From Bacteroidia bacterium (GTDB lineage: Bacteria; Bacteroidota; Bacteroidia; B-17B0; Aurantibacillaceae): a DNA stretch of 49,926 nt. The notes beneath the pieces are model-generated. The model was given only the letters and a program-made list of their open reading frames with translations, made no database searches and had not been told where the DNA came from. The stretch is taken from contig JAOABO010000001.1 in the NCBI GenBank assembly GCA_026418315.1, forward strand, positions 1 through 49,926. The letters run 5' to 3'. The position numbers were made by a program, and so were the translations under genes. Positions 17,854 through 25,413 of the stretch are shown one piece after another; position 1 is the stretch's first letter, and each line of letters opens with the position of its first letter.

Positions 17854-20216
17854 TAGTATTTTTTATATGAGTATGCACCATAGCGATATCCATAACCGTA
17901 TTTGTATCCATATTTGCTATAACTGTAATATCCTGATTTTTTGATATTAATGCCGTTTAGTATTAAGTATAAATTGGGTATTTTGTTTTCTTTAGCCAGT
18001 TGGTTGATAAATTTAATGGTGCGACGAGTGGCAATTTTAGAATTCACTGTAAAAATATTTAAATCTGAAAATTGCATTAAGTAAATAGCATCTACTAATA
18101 ATCCGGCTGGGGGCGTATCAATAATGATGTAATCATAATTTTGTTCTAAATATTTTAGTAGTTCATTTAGTTTATTAGATAATAATAAATCGGATGGATT
18201 AGGTGGTGTATCTTTTCCGGCAAGGAATATATCTAAATGGTCAATAAAAGAAGAGTACTTGATTTCTTCTATTGTTGCCTGATTAGATAAATATGCTCCA
18301 ATTCCTTTATTGGGTTGTAGTTTTAGGGCACTGAAAATTCTTGGCTTGTGTAAGTCCAGTTCCAGTAATGCTATTTTTTTATTGGACTTAGCAAGCATAG
18401 AGGCAAGATTAACAGATAAAAAGGTTTTGCCTTCTCCGGGTAAAAAGGAGGTAAATAAAATTTTTTTAACTGGATTGTCTTTTGATGTGTATTTGATATT
18501 CGTAATTAATCCTCTTATAGCATCTGTAACAGGAGAATGTGGTTCTTCAATAGATATCACAGAATTTTCATTAACATTTTTCTGAAATGGGATTACTCCT
18601 AAAAGTGGTAAATCTGTTAGTTCTTTTAAATATTCTTCATCTGTAATTTTTACATAAAATAATACTCTGATTAAAATAATTAAAATGGCTAAACCTAACC
18701 CAAAGGAAATAAATGTATTTCTAATTTTATTTTTATCGGGCTTTACTATGCCCATATTTCTTGGTTTTTCTACTATTTTTACATTTGGAGTAATAGATGC
18801 TTTAGCTATTCTTGTATTGGCTTTTTTTTCTAATAAAAAGGAATATAATTTTTGATTAATTTCTATCTTTCTCTGAATATTCAGCACATCTCTTTGTTTT
18901 GGCGAAATGTATTTAAACTTTGAAGCAAAGTTATTAATTTCACTTTCCAAGTTTTCGAGTTGTCTATAGGTTGCTTTTCTTGAGTTGGTTATGTATATAA
19001 GCAGGTCTTGTTTTAATCTTCGGATGTTTTGTTTAAGGTTGGTTACATTAGGGTTGTTGTCTGTATTGGTTCCATATTGGTCGTTTAATTTTATTTGTAG
19101 CTGATAAAGTTCTGTAACTGCACTTGGTAAAAAACCTTGTTTTTCAAGAATAAAAACATTAGGGGGTAGGAACTGCGGGTCTTTATCTTCAATAATGTAC
19201 TTTTCCAAATCATTTAAAGATTCTATTTGCATTTTTAATTGGTTTTTCTGATTTTCATAATCTGTCAGTTTATCTAAATAGGTTTTTTGTTCCCAATCCA
19301 AATCTAAAATATTATGAATATCTTTGTAGAATAACATAGAATCTTCAACTCCTTTCAAAGCGGCTGAAATTTCGGATAATTGTTTATCAATATATTGAAG
19401 TGTTTTTTCATTAAGTTCTAATCTGGATTTTAATGTGCTTTTTATGTAAACTGTATTGAGTGTGTCTAAAACAAGCACTGCTCTCTCTGGTATTACATCT
19501 TCAACAGAGATTTTGAGAATATTGGTATAATCAGGATTTTCAATATTAAGCGTGGAAAGGTATTTGTTTATCAGAAATTCTTTTGAATGTATAATAATTT
19601 CATAGTTAATTTCAGACAAGGAGAGTGCTGTTTGCATTGTAAGATTAGCTGTGCGTTTTACTAATATACTTAAGTCGGTATCAATTAAATCTTTATCAAA
19701 TTCACCTTCTTTTACGACTTGACGGCCGTTTATATCCATCCATAATTGATACTTTGTATAATTTTTTATTTTGAATTTTATGGGAACTTCATAAAATGAA
19801 GGATTGATGTTATTGACTTTGATTTCAAAGGGCATTCCGCTAAATTGTTCTGTTGTTCTTACCTTTCCTACAATGTAATAAGATACCTGCAACGTGCTTT
19901 TTAGTTTTTCAATAGTTTCATCCATTATATCATAGGATTTTATGACTCTTATCTGGTTAGAATTGTCTATGTATGCAGAATAGGCGGATGAATACATATT
20001 TTCTTCTGAAATCAAATTTTTATCATAGTAATCTTTAATATTAATAAGAATTTGTGTAGATGCTTGATAAATATTGGTTAATTTGTATATATAAAAATAA
20101 CCGGCGGTGTAAGAGAGTATAATTGCAACTAATGGAATATACCAGTTTTGTTTAATAATTCTTGAGATGGCCTGAATATCTTTCTCACTGATAATATTTA
20201 TTCTGGTATTTTCCAT
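17853..20216 (-). CDS. Polysaccharide co-polymerase / tyrosine autokinase (Wzc/GumC-like)
   Basis: 787 aa with an N-terminal TM, a long coiled periplasmic domain and a second TM. The cytoplasmic P-loop is LPGEGKTF, with the Walker A'/B context IIIDTPP. The tyrosine-rich tail is SGYYSYSKYGYKYGYGYRYGAYSYKKY. Confidence 0.85.
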   Translation of the reverse strand: MENTRINIISEKDIQAISRIIKQNWYIPLVAIILSYTAGYFYIYKLTNIYQASTQILINIKDYYDKNLISEENMYSSAYSAYIDNSNQIRVIKSYDIMDETIEKLKSTLQVSYYIVGKVRTTEQFSGMPFEIKVNNINPSFYEVPIKFKIKNYTKYQLWMDINGRQVVKEGEFDKDLIDTDLSILVKRTANLTMQTALSLSEINYEIIIHSKEFLINKYLSTLNIENPDYTNILKISVEDVIPERAVLVLDTLNTVYIKSTLKSRLELNEKTLQYIDKQLSEISAALKGVEDSMLFYKDIHNILDLDWEQKTYLDKLTDYENQKNQLKMQIESLNDLEKYIIEDKDPQFLPPNVFILEKQGFLPSAVTELYQLQIKLNDQYGTNTDNNPNVTNLKQNIRRLKQDLLIYITNSRKATYRQLENLESEINNFASKFKYISPKQRDVLNIQRKIEINQKLYSFLLEKKANTRIAKASITPNVKIVEKPRNMGIVKPDKNKIRNTFISFGLGLAILIILIRVLFYVKITDEEYLKELTDLPLLGVIPFQKNVNENSVISIEEPHSPVTDAIRGLITNIKYTSKDNPVKKILFTSFLPGEGKTFLSVNLASMLAKSNKKIALLELDLHKPRIFSALKLQPNKGIGAYLSNQATIEEIKYSSFIDHLDIFLAGKDTPPNPSDLLLSNKLNELLKYLEQNYDYIIIDTPPAGLLVDAIYLMQFSDLNIFTVNSKIATRRTIKFINQLAKENKIPNLYLILNGINIKKSGYYSYSKYGYKYGYGYRYGAYSYKKY

Positions 20217-20219
20217 AAT

Positions 20220-20882
20220 TTATTGACCTGATGTTGCTTTAATAAGTACCGATTCATTGTGGCTATTCAAAAGGTTATTTAAAGTGTTTTTTAATAATTC
20301 ATTTGAGGGATATAAATAAGATTTTATACCTAATTTTTTAGCAGATTCTATGTGGTCTATAGTATCATCAAAATATACTGTGTGGTTTAAATCAAGATTG
20401 TTTTCTTTTACAATTTTCTGAAACAACTTTGCGTCTGGCTTTCTTAAGCCCATTCTGCATGAATAATAAACTTTATCAAATAATAACTCTAATGATTCTA
20501 TATGGTGTTTTTGCTGAAGCATTTCTTCAAAACATTGAATATGTGTTTCACAAGTATTGCTCAATAAAATAAGACGATATTGCTTTGAAAGATGATGTAA
20601 AAATTCTATGTTTTCTTTTGGAATAGCTAACAACATGGCGTTCCATGCTTCTTTAAGATAATACAAGTCCTTTTCAAACGACAACAAATCCTGTAATTCT
20701 TCAAAAAACTCTTTTTCAGTTATTTTGCCCATCTCAAATTTTTGAATAAGCTGATGTGGATATCCAAATTGCATCCACTCTTTAATGTCTTTATTGGTGT
20801 ATTCCAAGATTTTTTGTCGGGTTGCTTCTGTATTAAGAGGTAGTATAACACCCCCTAAATCAAAGATAATAGTTGGTCTCAT
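20220..20882 (-). CDS. HAD-superfamily hydrolase (subfamily IA-like)
   Basis: The motif I-like N-terminus is IIFDLGGVI, with LLSNT (motif II) and FDDT (motif IV-like). It has an ATGA overlap with glyA. Confidence 0.7.
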   Translation of the reverse strand: MRPTIIFDLGGVILPLNTEATRQKILEYTNKDIKEWMQFGYPHQLIQKFEMGKITEKEFFEELQDLLSFEKDLYYLKEAWNAMLLAIPKENIEFLHHLSKQYRLILLSNTCETHIQCFEEMLQQKHHIESLELLFDKVYYSCRMGLRKPDAKLFQKIVKENNLDLNHTVYFDDTIDHIESAKKLGIKSYLYPSNELLKNTLNNLLNSHNESVLIKATSGQ

Positions 20883-22156
20883 AAATCTGAAAATAAAGGA
20901 TATTTACTCATCATTTGATTGACTTTCTTTTTAATTTTTGAAAGTGCTTTAGGATTATTTTTATTTCTGATAGTTTCATCGATTAACTCCACAATCTTTA
21001 TGCAATCTTTTTCTTTTAATCCCCTGGTAGTAATGGCAGCGGTTCCTATTCTTATGCCAGATGTAATAAACGGCGATTTGTCATCAAAAGGGACCATGTT
21101 TTTATTTACTGTAATATCTACTTCTCCTAATAATTTTTCTGCTTCTTTTCCTGTAATATCTTTGTTTCTCAAATCAATAAGCATCAGGTGATTATCCGTT
21201 CCGCCCGAAACGATGTGATAGTTCTTTTCAATCAGTGCTTGGGCCATAGCTTTGGCATTTTTTGTTACCTGAATAATGTAATAGAGATATTCATCTGTGA
21301 GTGCTTCAGCAAATGCTACTGCTTTGGCAGCAATAATGTGTTCAAGTGGTCCTCCTTGTATGCCTGGGAAAACAGCACTATCCAACAGAGCACTCATCAT
21401 TTTAATTTCACCCTTTGGTGTTTTTTCTCCAAAAGGATTAGGAAAATCTTTTTTCATCATAATCATCCCTCCACGAGGTCCCCTTAATGTTTTATGGGTT
21501 GTAGTAGTAACGATGTGACAATGCAATAAGGCATCGTTTAATATTCCTTTAGCTATAAGTCCTGCAGGATGCGATATGTCTGCCAACACTATGGCATTTA
21601 CCTTATCGGCTGCTTCTCTGACCAAGGCATAATCCCAATCTCTTGAATAGGCCGAGGCGCCTACTATTACCATCTTTGGTTTTTCATCTATTATTTGATG
21701 ATATAGTTTTCTGAAATCTATTAAACCCGTTTCTTTTTCAACACTATAAAATAATGGAGTATACAACTTACCTGAATAATTAACCGGTGAACCGTGTGTA
21801 AGATGTCCTCCATGAGATAAGTTCAATCCCAGAATTTTATCTCCCGGCTTTAAGCAAGCATACATGACCGCTGCATTTGCCTGTGCACCAGAATGTGGCT
21901 GTACATTGACCCATTCTGCACCAAATAATTTTTTTGCTCTGTCAATGGCTAATTGTTCTATTTTATCTACCACTTCACATCCTCCGTAATATCTTCTTCC
22001 AGGATAACCTTCTGCATATTTATTCGTTAATACACTTCCCATTGCTTTCATCACTTGTTTACTCACATAATTTTCACTGGCTATTAACTCAATACCTCTC
22101 AGCTGCCTCTCTTCTTCTTCTTTGATGTACTTAAAAATCTGTGTTTCTTTTTTCAT
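20879..22156 (-). CDS. glyA: Serine hydroxymethyltransferase
   Basis: Contains ELIASENY and the PLP-lysine block [14 protein letters not shown]. The start is re-called at [11 protein letters not shown] (ATG at 22156), because the longer track ORF would swallow a -7 box and has no family-like N-terminus. Confidence 0.95.
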   Translation of the reverse strand: MKKETQIFKYIKEEEERQLRGIELIASENYVSKQVMKAMGSVLTNKYAEGYPGRRYYGGCEVVDKIEQLAIDRAKKLFGAEWVNVQPHSGAQANAAVMYACLKPGDKILGLNLSHGGHLTHGSPVNYSGKLYTPLFYSVEKETGLIDFRKLYHQIIDEKPKMVIVGASAYSRDWDYALVREAADKVNAIVLADISHPAGLIAKGILNDALLHCHIVTTTTHKTLRGPRGGMIMMKKDFPNPFGEKTPKGEIKMMSALLDSAVFPGIQGGPLEHIIAAKAVAFAEALTDEYLYYIIQVTKNAKAMAQALIEKNYHIVSGGTDNHLMLIDLRNKDITGKEAEKLLGEVDITVNKNMVPFDDKSPFITSGIRIGTAAITTRGLKEKDCIKIVELIDETIRNKNNPKALSKIKKKVNQMMSKYPLFSDL

Positions 22157-22631
22157 GATGATGTAATTTGTTTTTATCCCACAAATATAATGCAAATAAT
22201 ACAAAGCTGATAAGTGGTGATTGTGCAAGACCCATTAATCCACGACTTAAGGAATATTCGGTTTCGTTGAGTTTCTGATGAAAATAATACGCGTATAGCA
22301 TTAATATGATACTTAAGGCAAAAAGAAAAATATATGAAATGATTAAAATTCGGATATAAAAAGCATAAACCTTCATCTGCTTTAAAAAGTAAAAATTGAG
22401 TATAAAATATATTATTACAAAAAGAAATGTGAGTGGATATTTGATGTAGTACAAAGTGGCATGTGAAAATTGAGTAAGCCATCCAAAACCATAAGGAATA
22501 GGCATTGTTGTGTTTTTGTAATATTTGAAATAGATAACATTATTGATATTTACAAACATATACTCTCTGAACAACCCCAACAAAATAAATAATATTAAAA
22601 ACAGCGAGATTTTGGTTATGATGAATCGCAT
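22131..22631 (-). CDS. Polytopic small membrane protein, probably the exosortase F system-associated protein
   Basis: 166 aa with about 5 hydrophobic helices. It starts 4 nt after the stop of the XrtF-like gene. My recollection is that XrtF is always paired with such a protein (Haft and colleagues' exosortase survey). The call rests on position and topology only. Confidence 0.5.
   Translation of the reverse strand: MRFIITKISLFLILFILLGLFREYMFVNINNVIYFKYYKNTTMPIPYGFGWLTQFSHATLYYIKYPLTFLFVIIYFILNFYFLKQMKVYAFYIRILIISYIFLFALSIILMLYAYYFHQKLNETEYSLSRGLMGLAQSPLISFVLFALYLWDKNKLHHHEKRNTDF
22182..22189 (-). promoter_or_regulatory. Candidate -7 box (TATATTTG) for glyA, embedded in the upstream membrane-protein gene
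   Basis: Plus-strand CAAATATA equals minus-strand TATATTTG, 26 nt upstream of the ATG at 22156. Confidence 0.4.
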
Positions 22632-22635
22632 TGAT

Positions 22636-23205
22636 TTAAGCGTATTTATTTACCCACCACATCCACAACATAAAAATATAGGCATATACAAGAAAAGTAA
22701 ATACATAAGTATGATTAAATTCCAGCCATTCCGGTTTATAATAAGTAATAATGGTAAGTCCTACTACTCTTAAAACATTGATTACATGGATTGTAAGAAT
22801 ACCAAAAGGAACAAACCACCATTTATCTCTTTGATTACCGGGAAAAGCAAGGATAAAAATAGAAAAAATAATAAACAAACTCATAGCATCACAGGCCTTT
22901 CCCACCCATACACCTATGGAGCCATGAATGCCTATTACCTGAAAGTCATTAACATCTGTTGTTTTAAAGGTATTAAACTTCATTCTGTTTAATATCTCAT
23001 CAACATTTTCAATAATGACTCTTATGACATACTCATCAAATAATGTATATTTCTTTAAAACCAATTCGTATAAAGTAAAACTCAAAAAATAAAGTATGGA
23101 AGCAGTAAAAACAAATTTGATTCTCGGGTCAGAAAAGTTCAGCTTACTCTTTTTATTCTGAACTTTCTGTTTGTCCATTATTTCGTCTGGCTTTGAACTT
23201 ATCAT
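22636..23205 (-). CDS. xrtF: Exosortase family protein, XrtF-like
   Basis: 189 aa polytopic membrane protein. Candidate catalytic residues occur in the exosortase order: Cys (VGKACDAMS), Arg (INVLRVVG), His (EFNHTYVF). Small size and Bacteroidota context fit the XrtF subfamily. The start could instead be the Met at 23178. Confidence 0.65.
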   Translation of the reverse strand: MISSKPDEIMDKQKVQNKKSKLNFSDPRIKFVFTASILYFLSFTLYELVLKKYTLFDEYVIRVIIENVDEILNRMKFNTFKTTDVNDFQVIGIHGSIGVWVGKACDAMSLFIIFSIFILAFPGNQRDKWWFVPFGILTIHVINVLRVVGLTIITYYKPEWLEFNHTYVFTFLVYAYIFMLWMWWVNKYA

Positions 23206-23401
23206 AAGATTTTTTTACACCATACAAAGCACCCGCTGCAATTAAAAAACTTACTCCCCCGTCAATAGGAATACATGGTGGTGGCCAGCATGGAGGAGGT
23301 GGAGGAGGAGGTGGTGGTGGCGCTGCACCAAAACTCACAAACACAACAAGAAAAAACACAATTGTCAAAAAAACAGGTTTATATGATTGAATACAGAACA
23401 T
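23153..23401 (-). CDS. 82-aa precursor: signal peptide, poly-proline/Cys segment and P-I-D-type C-terminal sorting signal (candidate XrtF substrate)
   Basis: MFCIQSYKPVFLTIVFFLVVFVSFGAA-PPPPPPPPPP-CWPPPC-IPIDGG-VSFLIAAGALYGV-KKSYDKFKARR-NNGQTESSE. This follows the tripartite exosortase-signal layout of a short motif, a TM helix and a basic cluster. The start is re-called from 23419 to 23401 because the -7 box at 23417-23424 overlaps the upstream ATG. The 3' end overlaps the xrtF ORF by 53 nt, out of frame. Confidence 0.6.
   Translation of the reverse strand: MFCIQSYKPVFLTIVFFLVVFVSFGAAPPPPPPPPPPCWPPPCIPIDGGVSFLIAAGALYGVKKSYDKFKARRNNGQTESSE
23276..23320 (-). repeat. Simple-sequence GGN/CCN tract encoding P10-C-W-P3
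   Basis: The plus strand at 23291-23320 reads TGGAGGAGGTGGAGGAGGAGGTGGTGGTGG, which is ten consecutive Pro codons on the minus strand. Three more TGG (Pro) codons lie at 23276-23284. Confidence 0.9.
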
Positions 23402-23416
23402 ACATTTTATTTTCTG

Positions 23417-23424
23417 CAAATTTA
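23417..23424 (-). promoter_or_regulatory. Candidate -7 box (TAAATTTG) for the poly-Pro ORF / xrtF operon
   Basis: Plus-strand CAAATTTA equals minus-strand TAAATTTG, 16 nt upstream of the ATG at 23401. Confidence 0.4.
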
Positions 23425-23506
23425 AGGAAAAAATAATGAAATAAAAAATCTATACAAAAACTATTAAAAATAAAACATAGACAAAATGCTCAATCAGAAT
23501 TTTTAT

Positions 23507-23514
23507 TAGGTTTG
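23507..23514 (+). promoter_or_regulatory. Candidate -7 box (TAGGTTTG) for the ferredoxin reductase gene
   Basis: TAGGTTTG ends 10 nt before the ATG at 23525. Confidence 0.45.
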
Positions 23515-23524
23515 CCCCAAAAAC

Positions 23525-24583
23525 ATGTCACACTTTTATCCTCTGAAAGTCAAAAATATAGAAAGAGTTTCTAAAGATGCAGTAGCCATTACATTTGATA
23601 TTCCCCTTCAATATGTGTCTCATTTCAGATTTAAGCAAGGTCAGTTTATCACACTTAAAATTAATATTGATGGCGAAAATGTCATGCGTTCATACAGTAT
23701 TTGTACAAGTCCGTATTCAGAAAAAGAACTGAAAGTGGCAGTAAAAGAAGTACCGGGTGGTAAAATGTCCACATACATTAACCAAAAATTAAAAATAGGT
23801 GAAACCATAGAAGTGATGCCGCCATCAGGTCGCTTTTATACAGAACTTAACTCTGCTCATCAAAAAAAATACATTCTTTTTGCAGGTGGCAGCGGCATTA
23901 CACCTATGATGAGCATCATTAAAAGTATTTTATTTATTGAAAAACAAAGTACTATAGTTTTATTGTATGCTAATAGAGAACCTGATAATGTAATTTTTCA
24001 AAACGAAATAGATCTTTTAGCAAAAAGTCATTCAAACTTTCAAGTTGTTTATATTTTTGACAATCCACCTTCTGACTATCCGCCAGAGCAATCAGGATTA
24101 TTAAATGAATCCAAAATACACACTCTGCTTGAAAAATATAATGGATTAAGTGCTGACGAATATTTTATTTGTGGTCCTACCCCTATGATGCAGGTTATTG
24201 AATCCAGTTTAAAGAAACTGCAGGTGCCATCTGAAAAAATACACATTGAATACTTTACAGCAGTAGAAAATCAAAATATAAGCAGCACATCGGATAATAT
24301 AGAATCTGAAGTAACCGTTATTTTATATGGAATACAAACCACATTTCGGTTAAGTTCCAATGATATTAATATTTTAGATGCTGCTATTCAAAACGGAGTG
24401 GATGCACCGTTTAGCTGTAAAGGAGGTGTATGTAGTACATGCAGAGCAAAAGTGATTGAAGGAAAAGCCAACATGACTGTCAATTATGCTCTTACCGAAC
24501 AAGAAGTGGCAGATGGCTTCATACTGACCTGCCAGGCACATCCTGCAAGTGAAAAAGTAGTGATAGATTATGATGCTCTTTAA
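23525..24583 (+). CDS. FNR-type flavin reductase fused to a plant-type 2Fe-2S ferredoxin (PaaE/PaaK-like)
   Basis: RSYSICTSP (FAD RxYS motif), GGSGITPMMS (NAD(P)H motif), and the C-terminal CKGGVCSTCRAKV...LTCQA cluster ligands. Confidence 0.8.
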   Translation: MSHFYPLKVKNIERVSKDAVAITFDIPLQYVSHFRFKQGQFITLKINIDGENVMRSYSICTSPYSEKELKVAVKEVPGGKMSTYINQKLKIGETIEVMPPSGRFYTELNSAHQKKYILFAGGSGITPMMSIIKSILFIEKQSTIVLLYANREPDNVIFQNEIDLLAKSHSNFQVVYIFDNPPSDYPPEQSGLLNESKIHTLLEKYNGLSADEYFICGPTPMMQVIESSLKKLQVPSEKIHIEYFTAVENQNISSTSDNIESEVTVILYGIQTTFRLSSNDINILDAAIQNGVDAPFSCKGGVCSTCRAKVIEGKANMTVNYALTEQEVADGFILTCQAHPASEKVVIDYDAL

Positions 24584-24586
24584 TAT

Positions 24587-25312
24587 ATGAAGTTATATAC
24601 AGATAAAATAACTAAAAGATATAAAAACAGAATTGTTGCTAATGAAGTATGTATTGAAGTTCAGCAGGGAGAAATTGTAGGATTATTAGGCCCGAACGGC
24701 GCCGGAAAAACCACTTCATTTTATATGATTGTTGGAATGATAAAGCCCAATAGCGGAAAAATATTTCTGGATGATCAGGAAATAACACATCTTCCTATGT
24801 ATCAAAGAGCACAGCTTGGAATTGCTTATTTGCCGCAAGAAGCATCTGTGTTCCGAAAATTAACCGTTGAAGAAAATATTTTAGCTATTCTTGAAATGAC
24901 TAATCTTTCAAAACAAGAACAAAAACAGAGATTAGAAGAATTACTTACAGAATTTAATCTGCATCATGTTAGAAAAAATTTAGGTGATCAATTATCAGGC
25001 GGAGAAAGAAGAAGAACAGAAATTGCCAGAGCACTATCTACAAAGCCAAAATTTATTTTGCTAGATGAGCCCTTTGCTGGTGTAGATCCAATTGCAGTAG
25101 AAGATATTCAATCTGTTGTTAAAAAATTAAAGGAAAAAAACATTGGTGTACTCATTACAGATCATAATGTCCATGAAACATTAAGTATTACTGACCGTGC
25201 CTATTTATTATACTCAGGTAAAGTTATCAAATCAGGTACTGCAGAAGATTTAGCGAATGATGACATGGTAAGAAAAGTTTATCTTGGTCAAAATTTTGAG
25301 TTGAGAAAATAA
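24587..25312 (+). CDS. lptB: LPS export ABC transporter ATP-binding protein
   Basis: 241 aa single ABC ATPase with [34 protein letters not shown] and [11 protein letters not shown]. Size and motif pattern are typical of LptB. Confidence 0.85.
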   Translation: MKLYTDKITKRYKNRIVANEVCIEVQQGEIVGLLGPNGAGKTTSFYMIVGMIKPNSGKIFLDDQEITHLPMYQRAQLGIAYLPQEASVFRKLTVEENILAILEMTNLSKQEQKQRLEELLTEFNLHHVRKNLGDQLSGGERRRTEIARALSTKPKFILLDEPFAGVDPIAVEDIQSVVKKLKEKNIGVLITDHNVHETLSITDRAYLLYSGKVIKSGTAEDLANDDMVRKVYLGQNFELRK

Positions 25313-25413
25313 ACTATTTCTTTTACTACTTATAGTTGCTATATATTTTCAAATAAACCGAAAAAATCTACTATTTGAAAAATTTACTTTTCCTTTTGTA
25401 ATATGGAATAATG

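Noticed and set aside
22174-22482. 102-aa ORF nested in another frame of the XrtF-associated membrane-protein gene; similar nested or antisense ORFs occur elsewhere (for example 1810-2082, 2172-2441, 5087-5284, 12439-12633, 27627-27821, 41314-41529)
   Set aside because: All lie within or antisense to longer ORFs that have clear family motifs or consistent membrane topology. None has its own promoter box or a recognisable motif.
25313-25413. Expected terminator in the convergent lptB/ettA spacer
   Set aside because: It contains only a 6-bp CAAATA...TATTTG symmetry, with no convincing GC stem or T-run. Termination there is probably inefficient or factor-dependent, so I do not call a feature.
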